Assembly: GCA_019322375.1 (NCBI GenBank)
Contig: JAHWIP010000003.1
Span: 6,792 to 70,791 of the forward strand
DNA length: 64,000 bases
Direction: 5' to 3'
Source of the DNA: Candidatus Woesearchaeota archaeon
GTDB taxonomy: Archaea > Nanobdellota > Nanobdellia > Woesearchaeales > SM23-78
Below the pieces are notes generated by a model that saw only the letters and a list, made by a program, of their open reading frames with translations, did no database searches and was not told the DNA's origin. Positions 9,846-18,227 of this stretch are shown piece by piece. The stretch's first letter is position 1. The number at the start of each line of letters is the position of its first letter. The translations under genes and the position numbers were made by a program.

Positions 9846-9965
9846 ATGATTGTTTTAAAGAGAAGCGATGAAGACCCTTTTCCATTCAGGTTTGGAAAGA
9901 ACAAAGCCAAACTCTTAGTAGAAAATTACGAAGCTGTTAAGAAGTTTGCTGAGGAAGAGGACTGA
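9846..9965 (+). CDS. Small 39-aa ORF (MIVLKRSDEDPFPFRFGKNKAKLLVENYEAVKKFAEEED) whose 3' end forms the left copy of a 27-bp direct repeat
   Basis: ATG 9846, TGA 9963-9965, TATA-like box upstream; its last 27 nt are duplicated at 11047-11073. Confidence 0.25.
   Translation: MIVLKRSDEDPFPFRFGKNKAKLLVENYEAVKKFAEEED
9939..9965. repeat. Left copy of a perfect 27-bp direct repeat AAGAAGTTTGCTGAGGAAGAGGACTGA
   Basis: Identical to 11047-11073; the pair flanks a 1.08-kb two-gene module. Confidence 0.7.
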
Positions 9966-10041
9966 TTTTTTAACTAATAACTATTTTATTTTTAGTTTTC
10001 TTTCATAAGCTTTATATAATTGTAATACTTTCCTATTCATT

Positions 10042-10485
10042 ATGGAGAAAATAGAAGAAATAATAATAAATACTTTACGAAATCCGAAATCAGCCAGGCA
10101 AATTAAATATTTAGCTCTTGATTTACTATCTAATGCATTGAATATAAATGTTTTGGCTGATTTAGCTAAAAAGCACAACATTGAAAATAGAATGGGTTAC
10201 TTAGCGGAGATTAGTGCTATTGCTGCTAAAAAAGAAGGGCTATCCTCTTACTCAAAATTGAATAAATTGAAAAATCAATTATCTAATGGAAAGCGTTCTT
10301 GGGCTTATTTAGAACCTACTTTGCCTGAATATGCTAAACGAATAATCGCTGATAACCCTCAAACTAAATATAATAGAAAATGGAAAGTATATTCTACTCT
10401 TAAACCCAAAGAAATTTGTGATTGGGTTAAACTTTATGGTTTAAAGAAAAATGCCCCCTCTTTATCAAGACAAGGAGCTTACTAA
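10042..10485 (+). CDS. Hypothetical protein, putative cognate partner (antitoxin-like) of the downstream nucleotidyltransferase
   Basis: 147 aa; overlaps the downstream NTase gene by ~35 nt (TA-like arrangement); lies inside the repeat-flanked insert. Confidence 0.4.
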   Translation: MEKIEEIIINTLRNPKSARQIKYLALDLLSNALNINVLADLAKKHNIENRMGYLAEISAIAAKKEGLSSYSKLNKLKNQLSNGKRSWAYLEPTLPEYAKRIIADNPQTKYNRKWKVYSTLKPKEICDWVKLYGLKKNAPSLSRQGAY

Positions 10486-11002
10486 GGAAAATGTTCTTTC
10501 TATTTTAAGAGAAATAGATTCTGATTTAGAAGGATTACAGAGAAAATTAAGATTATATTGTTTAGGAGGCACACAACTAGCTCTTATAGACCTTAGAACT
10601 GTTTCTAAAGATATCGATTTTATAGTGTCTCATAATGATTGGATGATGTTAAGCGGTCCAGTTGCAAGGATAGAGAATAAAAAGGAAATAAGGTTTGATG
10701 TATTTCCAGGAGGCGAACTTCCTAACTACACATACCAATCTTATACTTTCCATGCGAAGAAACTTCCTTTCTATTTTAATAACTTAGAGATTTATTCCAT
10801 AGATGATGCAGATTTTGTATTGACAAAAGCACTTTCTGGCAGAGGAATAGATTACGAAGATATTGATACCCTCCTTTCCGGGGGAATTGAAATTCCTAAA
10901 GAAGTTCTTGTTGAACGATTTAAGGGTGTAAAACCCATGAAAGGAAAAGAAAGGGAGATTAAAGATAAATTTGAAAAATTCCTTAATGAATTTTATAAAT
11001 AA
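10451..11002 (+). CDS. Pol-beta-superfamily nucleotidyltransferase (AbiEii/MNT-like)
   Basis: 183 aa; motif CLGGTQLALIDLRTVSKDIDFIV matches the hG[GS]...D.D NTase signature. Confidence 0.55.
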   Translation: MPPLYQDKELTKENVLSILREIDSDLEGLQRKLRLYCLGGTQLALIDLRTVSKDIDFIVSHNDWMMLSGPVARIENKKEIRFDVFPGGELPNYTYQSYTFHAKKLPFYFNNLEIYSIDDADFVLTKALSGRGIDYEDIDTLLSGGIEIPKEVLVERFKGVKPMKGKEREIKDKFEKFLNEFYK

Positions 11003-11046
11003 TAATTGTAAACTCTACATTATATTCATCCTTTTGAAAGTAAATC

Positions 11047-11073
11047 AAGAAGTTTGCTGAGGAAGAGGACTGA
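11047..11073. repeat. Right copy of the 27-bp direct repeat
   Basis: Exact duplicate of 9939-9965. It is not part of an ORF here, because an in-frame TAA precedes it. Confidence 0.7.
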
Positions 11074-11134
11074 GCCAATTTTTTAGTTTACCAGAACATT
11101 TATATATTTTCATTGTTTTCTTTACTATTCTAGA

Positions 11135-11875
11135 ATGAAAAGAAGAGATTTTATTAAGACAACAGGTTTGGGATTAGCAGGCCTTACTTTGAGTTTGAAT
11201 GAGGTAAATTGTTTTTCTCCTAAAGAACAAGAATTCTCTGTCCGTTTTGGAACAAATATACGTGGATATTTATGTATAGATGATTTTATAGCAGAAAAGA
11301 CCGGAACTGTCAAGGAATTAAAAGATTTTTACAAAAACACTTTTATCAAGTATCATCCCATTATAGAGGTGTGGGATAAGGATTTAGATGAGAATATTAT
11401 TGCAATGCTTGAAAATGACAAAGATATCTTACCAGTTCCATACAAACCACGTGATTTTCATGATTCTGATATAGAGAGACTTCATTATAAAATAAGTCCT
11501 GTTGTGAAGAAACTACGTTATTTTAAGCGTTTTAACATAGACAATATAACTCATGAGTTTGTATTTGAATTTATGTTTTCAGCAGGCAAGATTCTTGGCT
11601 TGCACGGATTTAGTATTGGGAAAGAAATAAAAGAAGACAGGGGTTTCAATGCCTTTTTCTTTTTAGGATATCATGATAAGGATGATTTTGGAGCAGGGGC
11701 TGGTACAACTTTGAGTGCTAGAACTTTTGGGATTAATTATAAACCAATTAAGGATTTAAATGATAACAAGATATTTAATTCACTTGCTAATCATGTAGAT
11801 ATGAGTGATAAAAGAAAGCGTTTGATTAAAGCGCTTGAAGGCCAGAAAGAAGTTCAGAAATATATGCATGGTTAG
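11135..11875 (+). CDS. Hypothetical exported protein with a twin-arginine-like signal (MKRRDFIKTTGLGLAGLTL)
   Basis: 246 aa; RRxFIK followed by a hydrophobic stretch resembles a Tat signal. Confidence 0.45.
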   Translation: MKRRDFIKTTGLGLAGLTLSLNEVNCFSPKEQEFSVRFGTNIRGYLCIDDFIAEKTGTVKELKDFYKNTFIKYHPIIEVWDKDLDENIIAMLENDKDILPVPYKPRDFHDSDIERLHYKISPVVKKLRYFKRFNIDNITHEFVFEFMFSAGKILGLHGFSIGKEIKEDRGFNAFFFLGYHDKDDFGAGAGTTLSARTFGINYKPIKDLNDNKIFNSLANHVDMSDKRKRLIKALEGQKEVQKYMHG

Positions 11876-11885
11876 AATAATATCT

Positions 11886-12875
11886 TCATATCTTCTTCAC
11901 TATCATGCCTTTAAAATCTTTGCTTAGCATTTCTTTGGCTTTTTTAGTCATGTCTGCTGTTGTTATGAATATTACCGGCAGTTTCCTGGCCTGTCCTTGC
12001 ACATAAGCACTGCTTAGGTCGCCGTCATTTATTTTCTTTTTCTTTTTTGCTTTGCAATAGTATTCCTGGCTTCCTATACGAGAAGGAACTGCCAGAGTTA
12101 GTTCTATGTCTGATTTTTTCCTTTTAATCTTGTACTCAAGCACCTGTATATCATTCTTTTTGCAATAACCCCAAACTTTTTTGAAGAAAGAATCTTTTTC
12201 TCTTTCCAAATCTTCAGATGGTATGCCTAGTTCTTGCTGGACTTCTTCTCTTGATTCTTTCTTTTCGTCTTTTTCCTCTTCCTTTGCCACAGCAACCCTC
12301 GCGAGCTTTGGGCGAGCGAGCAACAAATCTTTTTCTTTTTCAGTTTTTTCTTCAGTTTTTATTTCTTCTTGCTTTATTTCGGGTTTCTTTTCCTCAACTT
12401 TCTTAACAGGCACCTTTACCACTTTTCTCGCAGGCCTTATCTCACTTAGTATCATCTGCTCTGCTTCCTTTGTCGGCGTCATATACCATTTCCAATAGAT
12501 TTCTCTCTGCCCTTTAACTGTTACTTCCAATGGCTTTGCAAAATCCCTTATGCTTCTCAAACTAACTCTTACTAATGGGCTTAAATCCCTGTCTTTCAAA
12601 ATCTTTTTCTGCCTTAACAACTCTGCTGTTTTCCTGTCTTTTTCATTCAAATACTTCATTAAGTTCTGCAGCCTTACCTCTGTTCCTGGCGTGTAATAAG
12701 CAGGTGTGCTCCCAACTTTTGTATTGGTTACATTGACTTTGCCTGCTTCTTTTAACTCTGCGAGTATAGCTCCAAGAAGAATTGTATCTCCTGCCTTGAT
12801 AATCTTTTTCAGCTCATTAGGAATAAGAGGCCCTCTCATCTGCACAACTTTAAGAATGTCTTCTTTGTTAACCAT
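11886..12875 (-). CDS. Winged-helix DNA-binding protein (TFE-alpha-like N-terminus) with a K/E-rich linker and a C-terminal restriction-endonuclease-like (Mrr-cat-like) domain
   Basis: 329 aa; N-terminal wH-like segment; central EKK/EEK low-complexity region. The C-terminal part (YYCKAKKKKKINDGDL...VIFITTADMTKKAKEML) resembles an Mrr catalytic-domain pattern. The assignment is tentative. Confidence 0.4.
   Translation of the reverse strand: MVNKEDILKVVQMRGPLIPNELKKIIKAGDTILLGAILAELKEAGKVNVTNTKVGSTPAYYTPGTEVRLQNLMKYLNEKDRKTAELLRQKKILKDRDLSPLVRVSLRSIRDFAKPLEVTVKGQREIYWKWYMTPTKEAEQMILSEIRPARKVVKVPVKKVEEKKPEIKQEEIKTEEKTEKEKDLLLARPKLARVAVAKEEEKDEKKESREEVQQELGIPSEDLEREKDSFFKKVWGYCKKNDIQVLEYKIKRKKSDIELTLAVPSRIGSQEYYCKAKKKKKINDGDLSSAYVQGQARKLPVIFITTADMTKKAKEMLSKDFKGMIVKKI
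12296..12323 (-). repeat. Copy B of a 28-nt GC-rich motif (TTGCTCGCTCGCCCAAAGCTCGCGAGGG on the minus strand)
   Basis: Lies within the K/E linker of gene 11886-12875; see copies at 47995 and 61421. Confidence 0.55.
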
Positions 12876-12979
12876 TTTGTTATATTATTATCTTATATTA
12901 TCTTCTCCAAGTGAATAATTTTAGTATTAGAACTCTGTTTATATAAATTTATATTATTTACTTATAGAATCCAGGCAAA

Positions 12980-13717
12980 TCAGGGTCTCATCCATTTAAT
13001 CTCATAATAAGTAACATCGCCTTCGTCGTCTACTATGCCCATCATTAATCTCTTTTTGGTACTATGAGCCACCCTGTTCTTGGCTGCAAACTCATACCAT
13101 GTTAAGGTTTCTCCTTCATGTACTGGAAAGATTATCCATCTTGCATGGTCTTCTCCTGGCCTTATTCCTCTGTCATAAACCCTGAAATCAGCTCCAAACT
13201 TTAGCGCAGTCTTAATTATATACCCGCGATTCCTCATATCCTTAAACACACAATACCTTATCCAGAAGTTTGGCTCTACTGTTCTTGCTTTTTTTATGAA
13301 TTCCTCTGAGGTAATTGCTTTTTTTCTTTTTTCAGAAATGATTATCTTGCCTTTTTCAAGCAGATACAGTGCTTCTGGCAGTGAGAGCTGCACTTTGCCG
13401 TCTTCCATTACTTGTCCATAAGCACTTTTGCTAAACAGGTTTCTTGCTTCATCTGTTGACTCTGTTATCACTCTTTCCCTTGCAAACATGGCTTTGATTA
13501 CTTCTTTTGGCTTTTTTTCTGTTAGTTTTTCTTTTGGTTTTTCAGCTACTTTAACCTCTACTTTGGCTTTCTTCTTGCTTTCTTTCTTCTTAGCACTTTT
13601 CTTTTTTTTACTGGTTTTCTTCTTTGAAGAAATGCTCAAAGGTTTACCTTTGGCACTCAAAGGCTCTGCCTTTGATGGCTCAGAAGATTTATCTTCTGTT
13701 GTTTTTTTCTTTGCCAT
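12980..13717 (-). CDS. endA: tRNA-splicing endonuclease EndA with a lysine-rich N-terminal extension
   Basis: C-terminal catalytic domain has the KFGADFRVY signature and conserved H/K context. ATG at 13717; the track ORF extends to 13825 via unlikely leader residues. N-terminal run KKKTSKKKKSAKKKESKKKAK. Confidence 0.7.
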   Translation of the reverse strand: MAKKKTTEDKSSEPSKAEPLSAKGKPLSISSKKKTSKKKKSAKKKESKKKAKVEVKVAEKPKEKLTEKKPKEVIKAMFARERVITESTDEARNLFSKSAYGQVMEDGKVQLSLPEALYLLEKGKIIISEKRKKAITSEEFIKKARTVEPNFWIRYCVFKDMRNRGYIIKTALKFGADFRVYDRGIRPGEDHARWIIFPVHEGETLTWYEFAAKNRVAHSTKKRLMMGIVDDEGDVTYYEIKWMRP

Positions 13718-13837
13718 GCTTGTTCTTAGCACATATATTCTGTTTAAAAATTTTTGTAAATAAATATATCTTTCCATATAGAAAATAATTCTCTTTTGCA
13801 AAATGTTAAAAACCAAACAAAACACCTACTCTACACG

Positions 13838-14740
13838 ATGGAAATCACAATACTAGGCACCAGCTGCATGGTGCCAACCAAGGACAGGAATGTGCAAGGC
13901 ATTTACCTAGAGTATAAAGGAGAAGGCATCTTAATAGACTGCGGAGAAGGAACCCAGAGACAGATGAACATAGCAGGCATTAACCGCAACAAGATAAGAA
14001 AGATTTTGATAACACACTGGCACGGAGATCATGTATCTGGATTAATAGGCTTGCTGCAAACCATTAGCAACAATGAAAACCCTCAGAAAGTAACCTTGTT
14101 TGGGCCAAGAGAAACCAAGGAAAGAATCTTTCACTTATTAAAAGCAGTTAGTTTTGAACATAACAGATTAGAGCTTGATATAAAGGAATTAAACCCAAAA
14201 GGAGTTGAAAAAATCTTTCAAAACAAAGATTATTACATAGAATGCGCTTACATGGACCATAAAATGCCCTGCTTAGGCTATAGTTTTATAGAAAAAGATG
14301 TTCGAAAAATAAACATGGCAAAAGCAAAAAAATATGGCTTAAAACAAGGGCCAAACATAGGCAAACTGCAGAGAGGACAGACAATCACATTCAAAAGCAA
14401 AACCATAAAGCCAGACGATGTATCATTTATTCAGAAAGGCAAAAAGCTAAGTGTGATACTTGACACACTTCCATGCACAAATGCCTATGAGCTAGCCAAA
14501 GAAGCAGATATATTGATATCTGAGGCTGCTTACCTGGCAGAACTAGAAGAAAAAGGAGAGGAATACAAACACTTAACAACCAAAGATGCAGGATTAATAG
14601 CAACCAAAGCCAATGTAAAAAAACTAATAATAACCCATTTCTCCCAGAGATACAAGACAAACAAAGAATTACAAGAAGAAATAAAAACCTATTTCAAGAA
14701 CAGCAAAGCAGCGCATGACTTTATGAAGATTAAGCTTTAG
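13838..14740 (+). CDS. rnz: Ribonuclease Z (tRNA 3'-processing metallo-beta-lactamase)
   Basis: MEITILGTSCMVP...LIDCGEGTQRQM...ITHWHGDHVSGL (HxHxDH motif). ATG at 13838 preferred over the TTG at 13796. Confidence 0.8.
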   Translation: MEITILGTSCMVPTKDRNVQGIYLEYKGEGILIDCGEGTQRQMNIAGINRNKIRKILITHWHGDHVSGLIGLLQTISNNENPQKVTLFGPRETKERIFHLLKAVSFEHNRLELDIKELNPKGVEKIFQNKDYYIECAYMDHKMPCLGYSFIEKDVRKINMAKAKKYGLKQGPNIGKLQRGQTITFKSKTIKPDDVSFIQKGKKLSVILDTLPCTNAYELAKEADILISEAAYLAELEEKGEEYKHLTTKDAGLIATKANVKKLIITHFSQRYKTNKELQEEIKTYFKNSKAAHDFMKIKL

Positions 14741-14764
14741 AAATTATTGATTATTTATTTCTGA

Positions 14765-14983
14765 TTATTTATTATTCTTACTAGCCAGCTTAATATCCCC
14801 TGCTTTAACAGTCCTTCTTTTAGCATGCCTGCTCAGCTCAATAGCATCCCTGCTAATCTTATCACCAAGCTCCTCAAGAACATCACGTAAAGCTTCTTTA
14901 GACTCCTCGCTAACCCTGTAAGCACCAGCAGCCTTCATAAGCTTTTCCATAGCAGACAAGGACAAAATCTTTTTAGATGCCAT
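14765..14983 (-). CDS. Archaeal histone (HMf family)
   Basis: 72 aa; aligns along its length to HMfB (AGAYRVSEESKEALRDVLEELG...AIELSRHAKRRTVKAGDIKLA vs AGAERVSDDARITLAKILEEMG...AIKLARHAGRKTIKAEDIELA). Confidence 0.85.
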   Translation of the reverse strand: MASKKILSLSAMEKLMKAAGAYRVSEESKEALRDVLEELGDKISRDAIELSRHAKRRTVKAGDIKLASKNNK

Positions 14984-15039
14984 AAAAAAGGTTAATTTGG
15001 AGGTTTTTATAAAGTTATTGAAAAATATTTGTTAAGCTT

Positions 15040-15528
15040 TTATTTTTTCCTTAATCCAAAGAAATTAGACTTGTTTATTAAATATGCATAAACCCCTATG
15101 ATTAAAATCACTAGAATTAAAATGATTATTGGGTTAAAACTGACTCCCCATTTACCACTCATTAAATTAATTCCTAAATAAAAAAGCAAAAATATAATTA
15201 GTGAAGTCATTAAGGCCAGCAACAGGATTCTCCATTTTTGCGGGTGCTTATACCAAGCAACCAAGAGACATGCAAATATGAACCAAAAGATTATATCAAT
15301 CACCAAATTAAACCATGAAAAATTAAGAGGCTCAGGGCATTTTCCTCCCCAGCACATTGCAGAACCAACAGGATAAAAACCAAGCGGGATTCCCACAAGC
15401 ATTTGCGCGTCTAAAATACATGTCTGAGTTGAGCATTTATAAGCAGGGTAAACCATAAAAATCAGTATGAAAACAACCAGAATGATTAATTTAGAAATGT
15501 TTGGTTTAAAAAATTCTTTCCAATCCAT
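15040..15528 (-). CDS. Hypothetical integral membrane protein
   Basis: 4-5 TM helices and a CxxC-containing loop. ATG at 15528 (MDWKEFF...) preferred over the track start at 15630. Confidence 0.45.
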   Translation of the reverse strand: MDWKEFFKPNISKLIILVVFILIFMVYPAYKCSTQTCILDAQMLVGIPLGFYPVGSAMCWGGKCPEPLNFSWFNLVIDIIFWFIFACLLVAWYKHPQKWRILLLALMTSLIIFLLFYLGINLMSGKWGVSFNPIIILILVILIIGVYAYLINKSNFFGLRKK

Positions 15529-15659
15529 GTTTCTTATTGGAATACACAGATATAAATAATTATCGTAAAAATCAAAAATCTTCGATTTTTGGCCCCAAAA
15601 AAACAAAGTTTTTCTGGAAATCAAAAACAATTAAATAAGAAAACATATTAACCACTATC

Positions 15660-16067
15660 ATGGGCATTAGCCACAGCAGAAGAAAGAGCAAAGGCAGCAA
15701 AGCAGAGCGGGACTTAATCCATTTATTCTGGAGTAAAGGCTTTGCTGCTATGAGAGCAGCTGGCTCTGGTTCTACACAGCACCCAAGCCCTGATATTGTT
15801 GTTGGCAATGGTAAGAAATTTTTTGCTTTTGAGTGCAAATCCAGTCGAGATAAGTCAAAATACTTAACAAAAGATGAAATCACTCAATTGGATTTGTTTT
15901 CCAATAGTTTCGGAGCAAGGGCTTTTGTTGCAATAAAGTTTGATAATGAGCAATGGTATTTTTTAAGGTTGACTGATTTAAAGAAAACAGCCAAGAGTTA
16001 TGTTGTGACGCTTGAACTTGCAAAGAAGAAAGGGCTGGGGTTTGAGGATTTAGCAGGCAAAACATAA
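15660..16067 (+). CDS. hjc: Holliday junction resolvase Hjc
   Basis: SKAERDLIHLFWSKGFAAMRAAGSG...PDIVVGNGKKFFAFECKS matches the archaeal Hjc catalytic core (E...D...E.K). Confidence 0.8.
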   Translation: MGISHSRRKSKGSKAERDLIHLFWSKGFAAMRAAGSGSTQHPSPDIVVGNGKKFFAFECKSSRDKSKYLTKDEITQLDLFSNSFGARAFVAIKFDNEQWYFLRLTDLKKTAKSYVVTLELAKKKGLGFEDLAGKT

Positions 16068-16103
16068 AGTTATTTATACTAAACTTTATTTTCTGGATTA
16101 ATA

Positions 16104-16583
16104 ATGATAAAAACAGATAAAATAATTAAATTCATAGTTTCTATTGTTGTATGCCAACTAGCAGGCATAATCGGCTCATTTTTCACTGCTAGCTCTGTCT
16201 CTACATGGTATGTTGGCCTTGCAAAACCTTCTTTTAATCCTCCTAATTGGGTATTTGCACCTGTATGGACCGCCTTGTTCATATTAATGGGAATATCACT
16301 TTATTTTATATGGGAAAAGGGCTTTAAAGCAAAAGGAGTTAAAACAGGTTTATTATTATTTAGTGTACAGTTAATACTAAACATATTATGGTCAATTCTT
16401 TTCTTTGGATTACAAAATCCACTGATAGCATTCATAGAAATAGTAGTACTTTGGATAGCAATCCTGTTCACTATTTTGAAGTTCTACAAGGTTTCTAGAA
16501 CAGCAGCATACTTGTTAATACCATACATACTATGGGTAACATTTGCAGCAGTATTAAACCTGGCAATATTTATTCTGAATTAG
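16104..16583 (+). CDS. tspO: TspO/MBR family tryptophan-rich membrane protein
   Basis: 159 aa, 5 TM; motifs WYVGLAKPSFNPPNWVFAPVWTALFILMG and LLIPYILWVTFAAVLN. Confidence 0.75.
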   Translation: MIKTDKIIKFIVSIVVCQLAGIIGSFFTASSVSTWYVGLAKPSFNPPNWVFAPVWTALFILMGISLYFIWEKGFKAKGVKTGLLLFSVQLILNILWSILFFGLQNPLIAFIEIVVLWIAILFTILKFYKVSRTAAYLLIPYILWVTFAAVLNLAIFILN

Positions 16584-16625
16584 TAGACAAATAAAATATG
16601 CGCCGACCGGGAAACAACCAATTCT

Positions 16626-16805
16626 TCATTCCTTTATTTTCTCTATAATGAGAACTTTTTTTACTTTTGCCCCATAAAATAAGAAAAGTGTTTCAACATC
16701 GGGAATGATTGAAATAACTTCTCCTTTCAGATTATTAAGGAAATCCTCAAGCGAATCAGGTTCTTTAGCTAAGTTAATATTTAATTTGTGTACTTTATAT
16801 TTCAT
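16626..16805 (-). CDS. Small 59-aa hypothetical protein (MKYKVHKLNINLAKEPDSLEDFLNNLKGEVISIIPDVETLFLFYGAKVKKVLIIEKIKE)
   Basis: Translated manually (60 codons); lies between two GCCGACCGGG direct repeats; below the ORF-track cutoff. Confidence 0.3.
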   Translation of the reverse strand: MKYKVHKLNINLAKEPDSLEDFLNNLKGEVISIIPDVETLFLFYGAKVKKVLIIEKIKE

Positions 16806-16868
16806 CTAAATCTACCTCCCAATTTTTTTCCTTCTGCCAGGTAATTTTTATCATGAGCCGACCGGGCT

Positions 16869-17510
16869 TCACCTCAGCCTCATCTGCCTTAGCTTCAAAT
16901 ACTTCTTATCTGGTCTGAAGGCATAGGCTGTATGCTCATCAAAGTATCCACACATTATCCTGTTTAAGGGTATGCCTGTTCTTCTGCTCAGCATCAGGGC
17001 ATAGAAAAAGACCTGTGTAGAAGCATATTTTTCCTGCTCTGCTCTTGGCTTGTAATCCCAGACCCATACTTTGTCATTATCAATTCTTAGAACATCTATG
17101 TGTCCTGATAAAGGCTCTTTGCTCTGAAATAATTCCTCATGCTTCCTGCCCAGCTCATATGCTTTAAGCCAGATAGGAACCTCAACTCCTACAGTAGAGT
17201 TATCATAGCTTAGCATGAACACCTGAACATTGCTGTGGGCATTTGTGTATTTATTCCAGTCAAGCCCTTCTCTTGCCAGCATTGATACTTCGTGGTTGTC
17301 TATCTGCCTGGGCCTTATTCCTATATCAAACCTTAGCCTGCTTCCCCTGGGTCCTGCTAGAAAAGGCTCTTGAGGGCAGTTTTCAAAAACCCTGTTAAGG
17401 TAGGTGTGCAGAGGAGAGAGACCATTATCTCTGAGCAAGCCCAGCTTTGCCCTGTGCAGCCTGTAGTGATAATACCATCCATGGTCTAGAGAAACGTGTT
17501 GCAGCATCAT
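16869..17510 (-). CDS. Hypothetical protein, possible PD-(D/E)xK-like nuclease fold
   Basis: 213 aa with locally higher GC. The motif HIDVLRIDNDKVWVWDYKP has D..D.K spacing reminiscent of PD-(D/E)xK; weak. Confidence 0.4.
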   Translation of the reverse strand: MMLQHVSLDHGWYYHYRLHRAKLGLLRDNGLSPLHTYLNRVFENCPQEPFLAGPRGSRLRFDIGIRPRQIDNHEVSMLAREGLDWNKYTNAHSNVQVFMLSYDNSTVGVEVPIWLKAYELGRKHEELFQSKEPLSGHIDVLRIDNDKVWVWDYKPRAEQEKYASTQVFFYALMLSRRTGIPLNRIMCGYFDEHTAYAFRPDKKYLKLRQMRLR

Positions 17511-17554
17511 GATATATATGAAATTAATTAAAATAAAAATTTTTTGAAAAGAAT

Positions 17555-17764
17555 TTATCTTTTCTTCTTTCTAAGCATCCTCTCAATCTTGAGCTCTTCT
17601 GCTTCTATCTTTTTTTCCTCAGCAGCAATCTTCAACACAATCCTTTCAAGATTAAGGTCAATTTTGGCAATCCTTCTCTCCATTAAAACCAGAATCCTGA
17701 GGCTGTACACAATTGCTGCCAGTGTGCCAATAATGATTGCAAGTATCACAGTGTCCATTCCCAT
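17555..17764 (-). CDS. Small membrane/coiled-coil protein
   Basis: 69 aa; N-terminal TM then charged coiled coil. Preferred over the low-complexity opposite-strand ORF 17544-17810. Confidence 0.25.
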   Translation of the reverse strand: MGMDTVILAIIIGTLAAIVYSLRILVLMERRIAKIDLNLERIVLKIAAEEKKIEAEELKIERMLRKKKR

Positions 17765-17928
17765 TTTAAAATACCTCCACCTCTTTTTTATTAAATGTCT
17801 CTTGTTTTAACTTATCTTACGAGGTTTAAATATTTTTTCTTTTTTTGGCGTTACGTCCAGATGAATATCAAAACCTTTATATATTCCTGCCTCTTTATCT
17901 TCTTCATAAATGATTAAAGGTGGTATGA

Positions 17929-18195
17929 ATGCTTAAGATGAAAAGAATATCTGAAACCTTTGAAATGAGAGTTTTTACTGATACTGGTGATTATTTTGGT
18001 GATGTGGAAGAAGCTATTCTGACTCAGAACAAGGTGTTTGGCTGGAGAGTGAGAGCTACCAAGAACAGTTTCTTGAACAAAGTCCTGGGTAGTGCCAAAG
18101 GCGTTATTGTGCCTCACCAGCTGGTAAAAAGCATTGGCGACATAATGATTATTAACAAGTCAGCAGTGCCAAGCTATGGGCCAGAGGAAGAATAA
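17929..18195 (+). CDS. PRC-barrel-like small protein
   Basis: 88 aa; pattern FGDVEEAIL...GWRV...KGVIVPHQLVKSIGDIMIINK resembles archaeal PRC-barrel proteins. Confidence 0.35.
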   Translation: MLKMKRISETFEMRVFTDTGDYFGDVEEAILTQNKVFGWRVRATKNSFLNKVLGSAKGVIVPHQLVKSIGDIMIINKSAVPSYGPEEE

Positions 18196-18227
18196 ATTTT
18201 TTATTTATCTTATTTCTCTTGTTTTTT

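Noticed and set aside
12181-12498. Plus-strand S/F-rich ORFs (12181-12498, 12218-12406) antisense to the wH gene
   Set aside because: They are low-complexity mirror translations of the K/E-rich linker; the minus-strand gene is far longer and has domain content.
13428-13763. 111-aa plus-strand ORF antisense to the EndA K-rich region
   Set aside because: It is an F/L/S-rich mirror of the lysine-codon run; there is no independent support.
16869-17510. ORF 16869-17510 considered as a recognisable foreign-derived nuclease (Cas4/RecB-like)
   Set aside because: Only a weak D..D.K pattern is seen, with no Cys cluster or other supporting motifs. It is kept as hypothetical.
17544-17810. 88-aa plus-strand ORF (MKRIYLFFFLSILSIL…) overlapping the small minus-strand gene
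   Set aside because: It has extreme S/I/L/F low complexity. The opposite-strand ORF is more protein-like, though also low confidence.
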